Translations under genes and position numbers: made by a program
Source: an uncultured Phycisphaerales bacterium
GTDB taxonomy: Bacteria; Planctomycetota; Phycisphaerae; Tepidisphaerales; Tepidisphaeraceae
Reading direction: 5' to 3'
Assembly: GCA_963758525.1 (NCBI GenBank)
Contig: CAVWVQ010000003.1
Location: 1,376,001-1,440,000, forward strand
DNA length: 64,000 nucleotides
Shown here: in pieces, positions 54,776 to 64,000 of the stretch
How positions within the stretch are numbered: position 1 is the first letter of the stretch
Layout: each line of letters begins with the position of its first letter
Notes under the pieces: generated by a model
What the model was told of the DNA's origin: nothing
The model's database searches: none
What the model saw: only the letters and a program-made list of their open reading frames with translations

Positions 54776-55666
54776 ATGTCTACATTACTCGAGGAATTTC
54801 CGCGCGTGTCAAGGAGCCGGCCATGTCCCATATGCGGGCATCCCGACTGGTGCTTACTGGCCCGTGACGAGCACGCGGCACTCTGCCAGCGCACCGAATC
54901 AGATAATCAGTGGGGCGATGCTGGATGGTTTCATCGCCTCAGCGGCGGGAACCGGCGGCGGGGTCATACGCGGTGTATCGACGTGACGAAGCGGGAGCCT
55001 GCGAATGATTTGTCGCCTGACGCAGCAGAGTATACTTTGCGGCTTCAGGCGTCGCTCCTCAAATATCTGGCCGAATTCTTGGGGTTGAGCGCGCAGAGTC
55101 TTCGTCGACTGGGGACGGGGTGGTCACCCGAATTGCAAGCGATGGCCTTCCCCATGCTGGATGCCCGCGGCAACATAATAGGCATCCACTTCCGCTCTGA
55201 GGATGGAGGGAAATTTGCTGCGACCGGAGGGCGTCAAGGGCTCCATATCCCGGCTAATCTCGGCAAGCCAAGGCTGCTGGTCTTGACCGAGGGGCCGACA
55301 GATTGCGCTGCCATGCTCGACATTGGATTTGCGGCCGTCGGCCGACCGAGCTGCACCGGGGCGACTGAGATCACAATCGAACTTGTGAAGAAGCTTCGCC
55401 CAGAGCTGGTCGTGGTGCTGGGCGACAATGACCCGCCAGATCGCAATGGCCGGCGTCCCGGATATGAAGGCGCGCAGGCTTTGGCTTCGGCGCTGGCCGT
55501 CCACGCCAAACGCGTGAAGCTACTGCTCCCGCCGAAACGAATTAAAGATGCCCGCGAATGGAAGCTCGCGGGCGCAACGCGGGCCGACGTGAAGAAGGCC
55601 ATCGACGCCGCTCCGTCTATCAGATTGAAGTTGCACACAGAGATTGCAGCGGAGGCGACGAAGTGA
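54776..55666 (+). CDS. Zinc-finger plus TOPRIM primase-like protein
   Basis: PCPICGHPDWC, FPMLD..GNIIG, LTEGPTD, VLGDND, KDAREW. Confidence 0.8.
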   Translation: MSTLLEEFPRVSRSRPCPICGHPDWCLLARDEHAALCQRTESDNQWGDAGWFHRLSGGNRRRGHTRCIDVTKREPANDLSPDAAEYTLRLQASLLKYLAEFLGLSAQSLRRLGTGWSPELQAMAFPMLDARGNIIGIHFRSEDGGKFAATGGRQGLHIPANLGKPRLLVLTEGPTDCAAMLDIGFAAVGRPSCTGATEITIELVKKLRPELVVVLGDNDPPDRNGRRPGYEGAQALASALAVHAKRVKLLLPPKRIKDAREWKLAGATRADVKKAIDAAPSIRLKLHTEIAAEATK

Positions 55667-57842
55667 GCGACAATAGCACTGATATCAAATTGGAGATCGA
55701 TCAACTGTCGCGCGGGAAGTGTGCAGTTAGACTCGTGCGCGGTAAGGTGGTGCTGCTGGCCGACCGGATCGACCCTCACACTCCTGACCGCATCAAAAAA
55801 TTCATCCGAAATGCGACGAAGGAATTTGCTGGGCTGGACCATCACGCGATCCGGGCTGAGTTGCTGCAGCACGCTGCATCATCCGAACCAGCGACTCCTG
55901 ACGCAGACGAGGACGATGCGCCTTATTACGCGACCGACGACGGTCTGTTCTGGCGGAAGGCAACCCGCGAAGGCCAAGTTAGCGTGCCCCTGACCAATTT
56001 CACCGCGCGGATCCAGACCGATGTGGTCCGGGATGACGGTGCCGAACCGCAACATATGTTCGAGATCGTCGCGAATCTAAACGGCCGCGAATACCGATTC
56101 TCGATCCCGGCATCCCTGTTCGCGGCGATGAATTGGCCCACCGAGTACATGGGGCCAGGGGCGATTGTGTATGCGGGCATGGGCATCCGAGATCACGCCC
56201 GCGTCGCGGTGCAGTCGCTGAGCACCGACCACGCCACCCGCACGATCTATACCCACCTTGGCTGGCGCGAGGTTGATGGCCACTGGTTTTATTTGCATGC
56301 CGGTGGCGCTATCGGGGCGGATGGCCCCACCACGGCGATCGAAGTGGATCTCCCGGATGCGCTCTCTAATTACGTACTGCCTGCTCCGGCCTCCGGTGAT
56401 GAGCTGAGGACCTGCGTGTTAGCCAGCCTGGACATCATGCGAGTGGCCCCGTTCATGGTGACGGTGCCAATGTTGTGCGCGGTGTACCGGGCCGTGCTGG
56501 GAGTGTGCGATACCACACTATGGCTGACCGGTCCCACGGGCGCCAAGAAAAGCGAACTTGATGCCCTCGGCAACCAGCACTTCGGCGCGGCAATAGTCCG
56601 GCTGAAACTGCCGGCGAACTGGGCGTCCACCGACAACAGTTTGGAGGGCTTGGCATTTGCGGCAAAAGACGCCCTGCTATCGATCGACGACTTCGCACCG
56701 GCTGGAACTCAGTACGACATCCAGCGCTTGCATCAAAAGGCCGATCGCGTTCTGCGCGCCCAAGGAAATCATGCTGGTCGTCAGCGGATGCGGGCGGATG
56801 GTAGCCTCCGATCGCCGCGGTCGCCGCGGGGAATGATTATCGCGACGGGTGAGGATACTCCTCGGGGCGTGAGCCTGCGGGCCAGGCTCTTCGTCACCGA
56901 GGTAGGGCCGAGTGACGTCAACCTCGAAAGACTTACCGTGTGCCAATCAGAAGCTCGGTCGGGCGTTTACGCGAAAGCAATGGCGGCATATGTCCAGTGG
57001 CTCGCGCCCGAATCGAGGAGATCCAAAAACATCTGCCATCCAAAATCGCCAAACGCCGCACGGAGGCTACCACCTCAGCGTTCCATGCGCGGACGCCGGA
57101 GGCCGTCGCGAATCTTTTCGAGGGGATACGACAGTTTCTCGAATTCGCGGTCGACGTCGGCGCAATAACGAATGAAGTGCGTCAGAACATTCGCAACGGC
57201 TGCTGGGATATACTTGGGGCCGCGGCGCAGAAACAAGCCGTACTGCAGCGAGCAGCGGAGCCGACACAGCGGTTTCTGGAACTGCTGGCATCCGCGATAA
57301 CCTCGGGAAACTCCCACCTTATTCAACCCGACGGTAGCCGTCCGCCTCGGCCGCCTTCAGCCTTTGGTTGGCGGCAGCGGCCGGACACCGGCAGCACAGC
57401 GTGGTACCCGCAGGGCCAGCGCATCGGCTGGGTGGATGATGACTTCATATACCTGGATCCAGACGCTTCGTATAAGGCAGCACAGGGAATGACCTTGGGC
57501 GGGGACGGTCTGGCAATTGCGCCGCAGACGTTACGCAAACGCCTCCACGAAAAGGGACTGTTGATCCGCGAGGACGGCCGCGACGAGCTAACCGTGCGTC
57601 GCGTGCTCGAAGGGGTCCAACGGCATGTACTCTGCCTTCGGCGCAGTGCCCTGCTCGTTGCCCCGCCAGCGCCGTCTACGACAACGGATGCGCCCTCAAC
57701 TGGCGGCTGCAACGGTCACGCCATCAGTTCGAACGGGGCGAATTCCGCTCCCGAACCACGTCGCAACGCGGCGAATGGAAACTGCAATGTTCCTAGAAGG
57801 CCAGCGAGGAAACCGCGGAAGCCAACACCCAACTGCTTCTGA
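55663..57842 (+). CDS. DUF927-like replication ATPase/helicase, apparent frameshift near 57010
   Basis: YTHLGWR, Walker A GPTGAKKS, Walker B LLSIDD, ATGED, SLRAR; continues RTPEAVA...RIGWVD in the next frame. Confidence 0.75.
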
Positions 57843-57917
57843 AATGCGGGTGCACGGAGCGATGATAGATTTAACAGTGACTTTTAACGAGATCCGGTAG
57901 CGACCCGGTAGCTATTG

Positions 57918-58757
57918 ATGGACACGACTAGAACTCTGGGATATCTACAGCGACACGATCCATTCCGAACCCCGGATTGGCGGTGGCAGCTTGCACGGCG
58001 TCTTCTTAAGCGTGGGCAGCGTCCGCGCCACGATGACGACCAGATCCGGCTCATCCTCAGGTACCAGCGGGCGCTGACTATAGGCAGCGCGAACCCGCCG
58101 AGACAGCCTGCGCCCTGGAAAGATCTGGCTTCCGCGCATCACCTCCGCGAGCACGCTGGAGTGATCACCGACGAAATCGAAGCCCGGCTTCTTGCCGCGC
58201 AAACGTTCGAGTCCATCGCTACCAATACCGGCGTGATACCGTGTGTGCTGCGGGCCTACGAAGCTACCTTCTTCAACGTTGCCGATTCACTATCAGCGTT
58301 CGACTGGCTGCTGCTCAACGTGCTTCAGATGCACACGTGGGTGGTTGGCAAGCCGACTCGGGCACAGACCTGGAAATGGATCGCCCTGGCAGGTGGCGCC
58401 GTGCTGCTCGACATGGTGATTGCCGAGGACTTGGGCCGCCCGGAGCCCGCATTCGATGATCGGCCGAGATTTGCAGAACTGGCGAGATTCTTCGCGCGTG
58501 CCGCGGTGACGCCCATGACACCGGAGCATTCCCTCGCGTTCGTTGAAGAGGCGGCAGAACTGTTCGGTGAGGAACGGTATAAATCGATCATCGCAAGAGA
58601 GACGATGATCGCCGCGCATATAAATTTTCTTCAAGCATTCGGCGACGATTCTCAGACGGTGCGCAGCCAACCCAGGACACGCGGCGCAACATTACGCCGC
58701 TGCTTGCAGCCCACGTCGGCGTCTTCGATCGACCCGAATGTCCTGCTTGCGGTATAA
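57918..58757 (+). CDS. Hypothetical protein
   Basis: Long ORF co-oriented with the module; PFRTPDWRW, EARLLA, YEATFFNV. Confidence 0.6.
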   Translation: MDTTRTLGYLQRHDPFRTPDWRWQLARRLLKRGQRPRHDDDQIRLILRYQRALTIGSANPPRQPAPWKDLASAHHLREHAGVITDEIEARLLAAQTFESIATNTGVIPCVLRAYEATFFNVADSLSAFDWLLLNVLQMHTWVVGKPTRAQTWKWIALAGGAVLLDMVIAEDLGRPEPAFDDRPRFAELARFFARAAVTPMTPEHSLAFVEEAAELFGEERYKSIIARETMIAAHINFLQAFGDDSQTVRSQPRTRGATLRRCLQPTSASSIDPNVLLAV

Positions 58758-58788
58758 TTGGGTGAGGAAATAACAAAGAAAGGTTGCC

Positions 58789-59493
58789 ATGGATGGCACG
58801 GAAAAAGAACCTGCTACGGCGCCGACGGTAAACCGCACGGATGCGGGTGTGCGGCCCAGTCCACCCAACACTATCAAGTCACCCCCCGCTAACACCGTCC
58901 CGTCCCCGGGAGGCAAGCCGCCAATGACTGAACCACAGCGCCAGGCGCGAACGGTGCGGGACGCGATGATCCCGGGCCTGATGCAGGCCGCGATGGCCCC
59001 CAAAGGAACGATCGACGGCAAGACAGCGCGCGGTTATCGCGACGAACTCCTCCGCGAAATGGGGAACCCAACTGATGCTTTGGAGCGGATGCTCATCGAG
59101 CAAGCCGTTCTGGCCCATGTCGTGATCATGCAATTGCATGCCACCAGCGCTTTATCAGAGAGTGCTGAAGCTGCCGGTGTCTATTCCGCTGCCGCGGCGC
59201 GCCTCATGGCAGAGCTGCGCCGGACAATCCTGGCGGTGCGCGAGTACCGCACACCACCAACCCGGCCTGTTGTTACCCGAATCGAGCAGCAGAATGTTGC
59301 GCACAGCCAGGCGGTGAGCTATGTCGCCGGCAAGGATGACCACGTGACAATGTCGTGCCGTGAAAAAACTGATGCTGACGGCAAACAAGTAAGTGACTCA
59401 CCGGAGACAGACGATGGAGAAGCCAACGAAATCCCCTGCTCGCGTAGCCGCTGGGCGCAGGAACCGGCTGCTGCGGGGGCCGCTCACGACTGA
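58789..59493 (+). CDS. Hypothetical protein of the type found upstream of HGGxSTG-like genes
   Basis: PTDALERMLIEQAVLAH...VREYR...QQNV; overlaps the next gene. Confidence 0.6.
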   Translation: MDGTEKEPATAPTVNRTDAGVRPSPPNTIKSPPANTVPSPGGKPPMTEPQRQARTVRDAMIPGLMQAAMAPKGTIDGKTARGYRDELLREMGNPTDALERMLIEQAVLAHVVIMQLHATSALSESAEAAGVYSAAAARLMAELRRTILAVREYRTPPTRPVVTRIEQQNVAHSQAVSYVAGKDDHVTMSCREKTDADGKQVSDSPETDDGEANEIPCSRSRWAQEPAAAGAAHD

Positions 59494-59725
59494 TGGACTG
59501 CAACGTCTCCGTGAAGCGGCCCGACTACACCGGCCGTGGGAACTCAGCACCGGCCCCAGGACGGCGGAGGGCAAGGCCACGGTCGCGGATAACGGCCGTA
59601 AGCACCGAAAGGGCGAGATGTCGGTGCGGGAGAAAAGGGCGGCAGTGGCCGACGTCGCCGGTCTGCTGTCGCAAATGGCGGCGTTGCGTCGAGGTGCGTT
59701 GCCCATGGATCAGCCGGAATGGTAA
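59414..59725 (+). CDS. Small basic protein with HGGxSTG-related STGPRTAEGK motif
   Basis: PWELSTGPRTAEGKA..ADNGRKH, GGAG RBS. Confidence 0.6.
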   Translation: MEKPTKSPARVAAGRRNRLLRGPLTTDGLQRLREAARLHRPWELSTGPRTAEGKATVADNGRKHRKGEMSVREKRAAVADVAGLLSQMAALRRGALPMDQPEW

Positions 59726-59760
59726 AGAATATGAAGCGCCCGCCGTCCCTCCATCGCAGG

Positions 59761-59820
59761 AACCCGCCATTCCCGCCATTCCCACCCGGGTCGATGGCGG
59801 AAATGGCGGGAATGGCGGGT
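59761..59820. repeat. Second inverted array of CCCGCCATT units
   Basis: CCCGCCATT x2 plus a partial unit facing ATGGCGGRA x3. Confidence 0.8.
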
Positions 59821-59905
59821 CGTACGAGAGCATAGGACCAGTCGGCGCAAAAGATAACGGACCGTATTGACCCTTGAATGAGCGATTACAGCTTTTGGAG
59901 CAGGC

Positions 59906-60346
59906 ATGGACGCCGAAATCAAAAAGCCCCCGACGCGGCAGGATCTGCAATACCTGTCCGATCTTCCCCGCGATCGGCAGTTCCAAAAGATTCTCAGCTG
60001 GCTGTTTGGCACCAACTCCAGCCGCCGTGATCTAGCGGCCGCGGTGGTGGTCCGCTCGCACCCTGAATCGACGCGCTTACTGATCTGGGAGGCGATGGCA
60101 CCGAGGAAAAGCTCCGAACGTCGCGTTCAATTGCTACAAGTGATCGAGCAGCTGGGCTTGCCGCTGGAGGTCGGCCAGTGGTTCGATCTGCAATTCGCCG
60201 CGCGCCGCTTTGACGCGACGGTGCGGGCGCAGGTCGCCAGGGTCATGGCCCGCTGTCGGCCGGGCCGCTCCGGGCCAGAACCCGGGGGCTCCGGTGCCGA
60301 GACAAAAACGAAAATGATAATCGAAAGCGACTGCACGGAACCCTAA
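59906..60346 (+). CDS. Hypothetical helical protein
   Basis: GGAG RBS, co-oriented ORF. Confidence 0.5.
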   Translation: MDAEIKKPPTRQDLQYLSDLPRDRQFQKILSWLFGTNSSRRDLAAAVVVRSHPESTRLLIWEAMAPRKSSERRVQLLQVIEQLGLPLEVGQWFDLQFAARRFDATVRAQVARVMARCRPGRSGPEPGGSGAETKTKMIIESDCTEP

Positions 60347-60400
60347 AGTATCAGCAGCACGCTCACGGATGAGCGGCAGAAATCTGTCATGGAGGACAGC

Positions 60401-60763
60401 ATGAATCTTCTGAAAACCCTCGACATCTCCGTCGTCGAGCGACTCATTCCATACGTCGAAGCCAACAGAGAAGCCGTTCGACAACATCCATCAACGAAAA
60501 GCGATCTGGCCTTTCCCGCTAACTGGCATCAAGCCGGCGATGCGGATGCGCGTCGCGCGTTCATGCAAACCGTCGATGGACTTCCGAGGAAAGCGAAGCG
60601 CGAGTTGTTGGCGCTCGCCCGCTGCGGTGAACACGAGATCAGTTTTCGAGTGGCGCTCGCGTCGGTGAAGTTGGGTGACGAGGATCGGGTCGGCCCCACC
60701 CTGTGGGGGAAGGGAAGGCTTGTAGAAAATCTGCGAAGCGGTTTGGCACGCGCCATGCGGTGA
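60401..60763 (+). CDS. Hypothetical protein
   Basis: GGAGG RBS before MNLLKT. Confidence 0.5.
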   Translation: MNLLKTLDISVVERLIPYVEANREAVRQHPSTKSDLAFPANWHQAGDADARRAFMQTVDGLPRKAKRELLALARCGEHEISFRVALASVKLGDEDRVGPTLWGKGRLVENLRSGLARAMR

Positions 60764-61030
60764 CGCTGACAGTTTCGCCTGAAAACATACGACAAATTTC
60801 GGATCTGCACCGGTTGCTCTCAGAAAGCAATCGCGAGAAGTCAATGTGCTTTCCCCTGGTGATGGTTTCAGCCTCAGCCGCACACGAGATGACGGCAGGC
60901 GGGCGGTCCTCGCGTTGGCGCGGGGCAAGTGGGTTGCCGAAGCGAGCTCCAGAGGAGCGGATCCAGAGGGTTTCCACGGTTTGAAGTGTGCTTGATCGCG
61001 TCGTCGCAGGATTGCATGGTGGCTCTACCG

Positions 61031-61291
61031 CCATACTTCGGACATCTCACCAATGACATCGTTTAACGCAGATTTGTGCCACGAGTGCTGAAAGAGCTTC
61101 GGGAGCGGAGCCCGAGGAATGAGAAGGGGAATCGCCGCCGCAAGCTATTACAGTGGCTAAGCGCCGACATCGCCTACCCGGAAGCTATTGCAGCACCTGG
61201 GCTCGTAGTCGACCTGATGTCCGACTCAGACGACTGCGATCAGTTCAAGGCTCTCCTGGACCGGGCAGCACCGATCTATCAGAGACACTGA
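61031..61291 (+). pseudogene. P63C-domain remnant
   Basis: PYFGHLTNDIV*RRFVPRVLKELR...QWLSADI; internal stop and no N-terminus. Confidence 0.65.
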
Positions 61292-61463
61292 CACTCTTCG
61301 ACGATCCGCAGAATGGGCGTGACGACAAGAAACTTGGCCTTCCTGGTACGGCAAGTTGACAAACTCTCAGTTGTTGACGAAAATCCTCCAAGTCGGAAAT
61401 ATTGTAGAATTGTGATGACTTGCGTTAGGGTATACTGCACAAACTCTTTAACGGGTGCCGGTG

Positions 61464-61916
61464 ATGAACACAATTGAAAAGAAACTTCGGGACGATCTGG
61501 CGACGGCGTGCTTCGAGTTTCGGCAGGCTGATGTACAGGTCAAGAAACTTCAGGCTCAGATGGAAAAACTCCGCGCCCGCATCGACTACATTTCGAGCGT
61601 CGTCGGTGCACGCGCGGTGGACGAGGCGGAAGCGGGCACATCGACCGTGAACGGCGAGAGCTATTCAGCTACCACCCTGTCGGGGAAGACTGCCGCCGAA
61701 GTTATCGAGCTCGTGCTTCGAGAGGCAGGAACGCGACTTCGGCTCAAGCAGATTGTTGACCGTGCAATCGCCCAGGGCTATGCGACCGAGGCAGACATGA
61801 AGCGAGTCCGGGCCAATTTCAGCTCGCTTCTGACGCGAGCCGCATCAAAGGAAGGCGGCGGAAGATTCAAGAAGGAAGGCCGAGGAATCTTTGCGTTGGC
61901 ATCGAACAATGACTGA
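61464..61916 (+). CDS. Coiled-coil plus winged-HTH (HARE-HTH-like) protein
   Basis: N-terminal heptads; TAAEVIELVLREAG..L...IVDRAIAQGY...FKKEGRGIFAL. Confidence 0.65.
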   Translation: MNTIEKKLRDDLATACFEFRQADVQVKKLQAQMEKLRARIDYISSVVGARAVDEAEAGTSTVNGESYSATTLSGKTAAEVIELVLREAGTRLRLKQIVDRAIAQGYATEADMKRVRANFSSLLTRAASKEGGGRFKKEGRGIFALASNND

Positions 61917-62189
61917 GAAAGGAGAATCTTGTGCTCAAAATACCCACTGACAGCGCGTTCCTGAGAGAAGTTCCGCTGTAAAGAACGGGCTAACTCCAGC
62001 GGGAACCGAAGGCGGTTTTTACTTTTGCAGGGCAATCACCGCCCCGGCTCCCACACTGCGGCACCTGAGAGATGCACACCGTGTGCATATCTTAATCGCA
62101 CTTTTTGTGCGAATCAAGCGTAATCATCCGTTGGCGCAGCATTTCGCGCATCGCGCGCGAGCGTCACAACTTAGAAAAGGATTTCTCAC

Positions 62190-62363
62190 ATGAAGTTCGT
62201 AATGTTCAGAGGCCAGAATGGCCATTGGTATTGGCATCTTCAGAGTGCCAACAACGAAATCGTCGCAGCTAGCGGTCAAGGCTATCACAACAGAGACGAC
62301 TGCCTGCATGGCATCGGCTTGGTTATGGATACCAACCGCAGCACGCCGGTTTATCAGCGGTGA
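62190..62363 (+). CDS. YegP/DUF1508 family protein (57 aa, below ORF-track cutoff)
   Basis: MKFVMFRGQNGHWYWHLQSANNEIVAASGQGYHNRDDCLHGIGLV, AAAGGA RBS. Confidence 0.8.
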   Translation: MKFVMFRGQNGHWYWHLQSANNEIVAASGQGYHNRDDCLHGIGLVMDTNRSTPVYQR

Positions 62364-62563
62364 TCACTGTCGTTTGCCGGCAGAATCTCAACCTCGCCAG
62401 CGGGACCGTAATCCCATCTGACGTTGGAGAGAATCGACTGGCACTGCCGAAGTTGCACACGAAGTTTGTTGTTCAGCGTCGGCATAAGGGCCTGAGCGAG
62501 TTGGGGCAGGATGTGCTCCAACTTGCTCAGGTCGTCTTCTTCGATTTGGAAGAGTTTGGACAT
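62354..62563 (-). CDS. Small hypothetical protein convergent with the YegP-like gene
   Basis: MSKLFQIEEDDL...ILSNVRWDYGP. Confidence 0.5.
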   Translation of the reverse strand: MSKLFQIEEDDLSKLEHILPQLAQALMPTLNNKLRVQLRQCQSILSNVRWDYGPAGEVEILPANDSDHR

Positions 62564-62818
62564 GGCTCGAATATTATCTCGGTTCAGCCAGTGCGCCTTC
62601 ATTAGCTGAAAAATCTTAACTCGAACGGCCCTTTCATTTGCCTGCCTCGACTCCCGCCTCAAACGCTGCCCTGAGCACGGGGCTCAAATCGCCTTGCAAC
62701 TTGCCAGCGACCCCGGAAGAGCTAACCTACTCCATTCCGCGTTCGATTCACCGTAGGTGAGGCAGGAGCACTCTCTAAGCTAAGGCGGGTTGCGAAAGGG
62801 TTCACCGGAGTTCGAAGC

Positions 62819-64000
62819 ATGTTCCAAGAGGGCCAAATTCTCGTTGGGCCTGTATTCAGCGAACCCATGCGCGTGGTAACCATTCGCGCAGAGGGCAACG
62901 GAGTCTGGACGCTGGGATTGGTCGGCAGGAATTCGGAGCGATTCGTCTCTGCAACGTTGTCCGAAGGGGAGATGACTTCGCTGAAGATTGTGAGCAGCGT
63001 GCCATCTTTTGCCGGCGATGGCGCGACTCTCCGCCTCGGTCTCCAAGCGTATCAGTTGGGGATCGCTTACGAGTTCGATCCTTATTTCGGCTTGTCCATT
63101 TCGCGCGTTGATCCGCTGCCTCATCAGTTGGAGGCGGTCTACGACTATCTTCTAAAGCTGGCCCGCGTTCGTTTCCTTCTTGCAGACGATGCCGGTGCCG
63201 GCAAGACCATCATGGCCGGCCTGCTCATTCGCGAACTGAAGTTGCGGGGCCTGGCCCAGCGAATCCTCGTGGTCGTGCCGGCCAACTTGTCATTTCAGTG
63301 GCAGCGAGAACTCCGGGAGAAATTCGAGGAGAAGTTCATTGTCATCAAGGGTGCCGACCTGCGCGAGCAATTCGGGGTTAATCAGTGGCAGGAGTCGCAC
63401 CAGGTGATCACGTCGCTCGACCTTGCAAAGCGCGAAGACATTCTGCCGGGGCTTCGGCAATGTCATTGGGATTTGGTCATCGTTGACGAAGCGCATCGCA
63501 TGTCAGCGTCGTCAGCCGACCATAAGAGCCTGCGGTATAAGCTCGGCGAGGATCTTGGCGCCAGAGCCGATCACTTCATGCTGCTGACTGCGACGCCGCA
63601 CAAGGGCGATCCTGTGAGCTTTACGCTGTTTCTCCAGCTTCTTGATCCGGATGTGTACGCCGATGTGCGTTCGATTCGCGAGGCAATGCAGCGACGGCGT
63701 GCACCTTTCTACCTGCGGCGGACGAAAGAGGCGATGGTTTATTTCCCGGAGCGGCAGGCCGACGGCGAATGGGTCGCGCGGCCAATTTTCACGAAACGAA
63801 TCCCTCACGCCGCGACATTTAATATTGATGGTCCGGAATTCAACCTTTACCGCGATGTGACCAACTTCGTGAAGAATCAATGCCGGGCCGCGGCGGCCAT
63901 GGGCGACGACTCCCGCGCCAGAGCCGTCGGATTCCTCATGGCGCTGTATCAGCGCCGGCTTGCATCAAGCACGTATTCCCTTCGGCATTCGCTGGAAAAT
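62819..64000 (+). CDS. SNF2-family helicase, partial (runs off window)
   Basis: DPLPHQLEAV, RFLLADDAGAGKT, QWQREL, IVDEAH, LLTATPHKG, LRRTKE. Confidence 0.9.
   Translation, partial: MFQEGQILVGPVFSEPMRVVTIRAEGNGVWTLGLVGRNSERFVSATLSEGEMTSLKIVSSVPSFAGDGATLRLGLQAYQLGIAYEFDPYFGLSISRVDPLPHQLEAVYDYLLKLARVRFLLADDAGAGKTIMAGLLIRELKLRGLAQRILVVVPANLSFQWQRELREKFEEKFIVIKGADLREQFGVNQWQESHQVITSLDLAKREDILPGLRQCHWDLVIVDEAHRMSASSADHKSLRYKLGEDLGARADHFMLLTATPHKGDPVSFTLFLQLLDPDVYADVRSIREAMQRRRAPFYLRRTKEAMVYFPERQADGEWVARPIFTKRIPHAATFNIDGPEFNLYRDVTNFVKNQCRAAAAMGDDSRARAVGFLMALYQRRLASSTYSLRHSLEN

Larger units (their letters stand above)
47978..64000. mobile_element. Putative tRNA-integrated genomic island/satellite-like element (right end outside window)
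   Basis: att-like remnant, shift to visibly less GC-biased codons, no copies noticed of the REP families seen to the left, primase/ATPase module, defence-like cargo; no integrase in window. Confidence 0.7.

Overview
High-GC bacterial chromosome segment. LEPR-XLL-like secreted proteins, PATQP motifs, a DUF4159 protein and dense REP-like repeats suggest Planctomycetota, possibly Phycisphaerae (inference). About 1-47.9 kb looks like core/flexible chromosome. It holds an alternative complex III operon (actA-F, an actG-like gene, sco) running into coxB, a second sco, two secreted Ig-like proteins, a PQQ-propeller lipoprotein, an Rpn nuclease, plsC, hit, nagD, a class II photolyase, an SPFH protein, a lone nuoB, DUF72, GH16, an EmrAB-type pump, a moaADE-moeA-moaC-mogA-modAB operon and several decayed TA/MFS/catalase relics. 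A tRNA-Gly 3'-end remnant at 47978-48001 marks the probable border of an integrated element running past the window end. Its cargo includes a Zn-finger plus PRTase-GNAT fusion behind a promoter with tandem NrdR-like boxes, and a nucleotidyl-cyclase-like plus PIN-like pair. It also carries a satellite-like replication module (wHTH, Xis-like, primase, DUF927-like ATPase) bracketed by iteron-like palindromes, and the start of an SNF2 helicase. About ten single frameshifts in otherwise intact genes fall in C/G runs or GCGC runs and are probably long-read errors. All product calls come from motif recognition by eye, not database searches.
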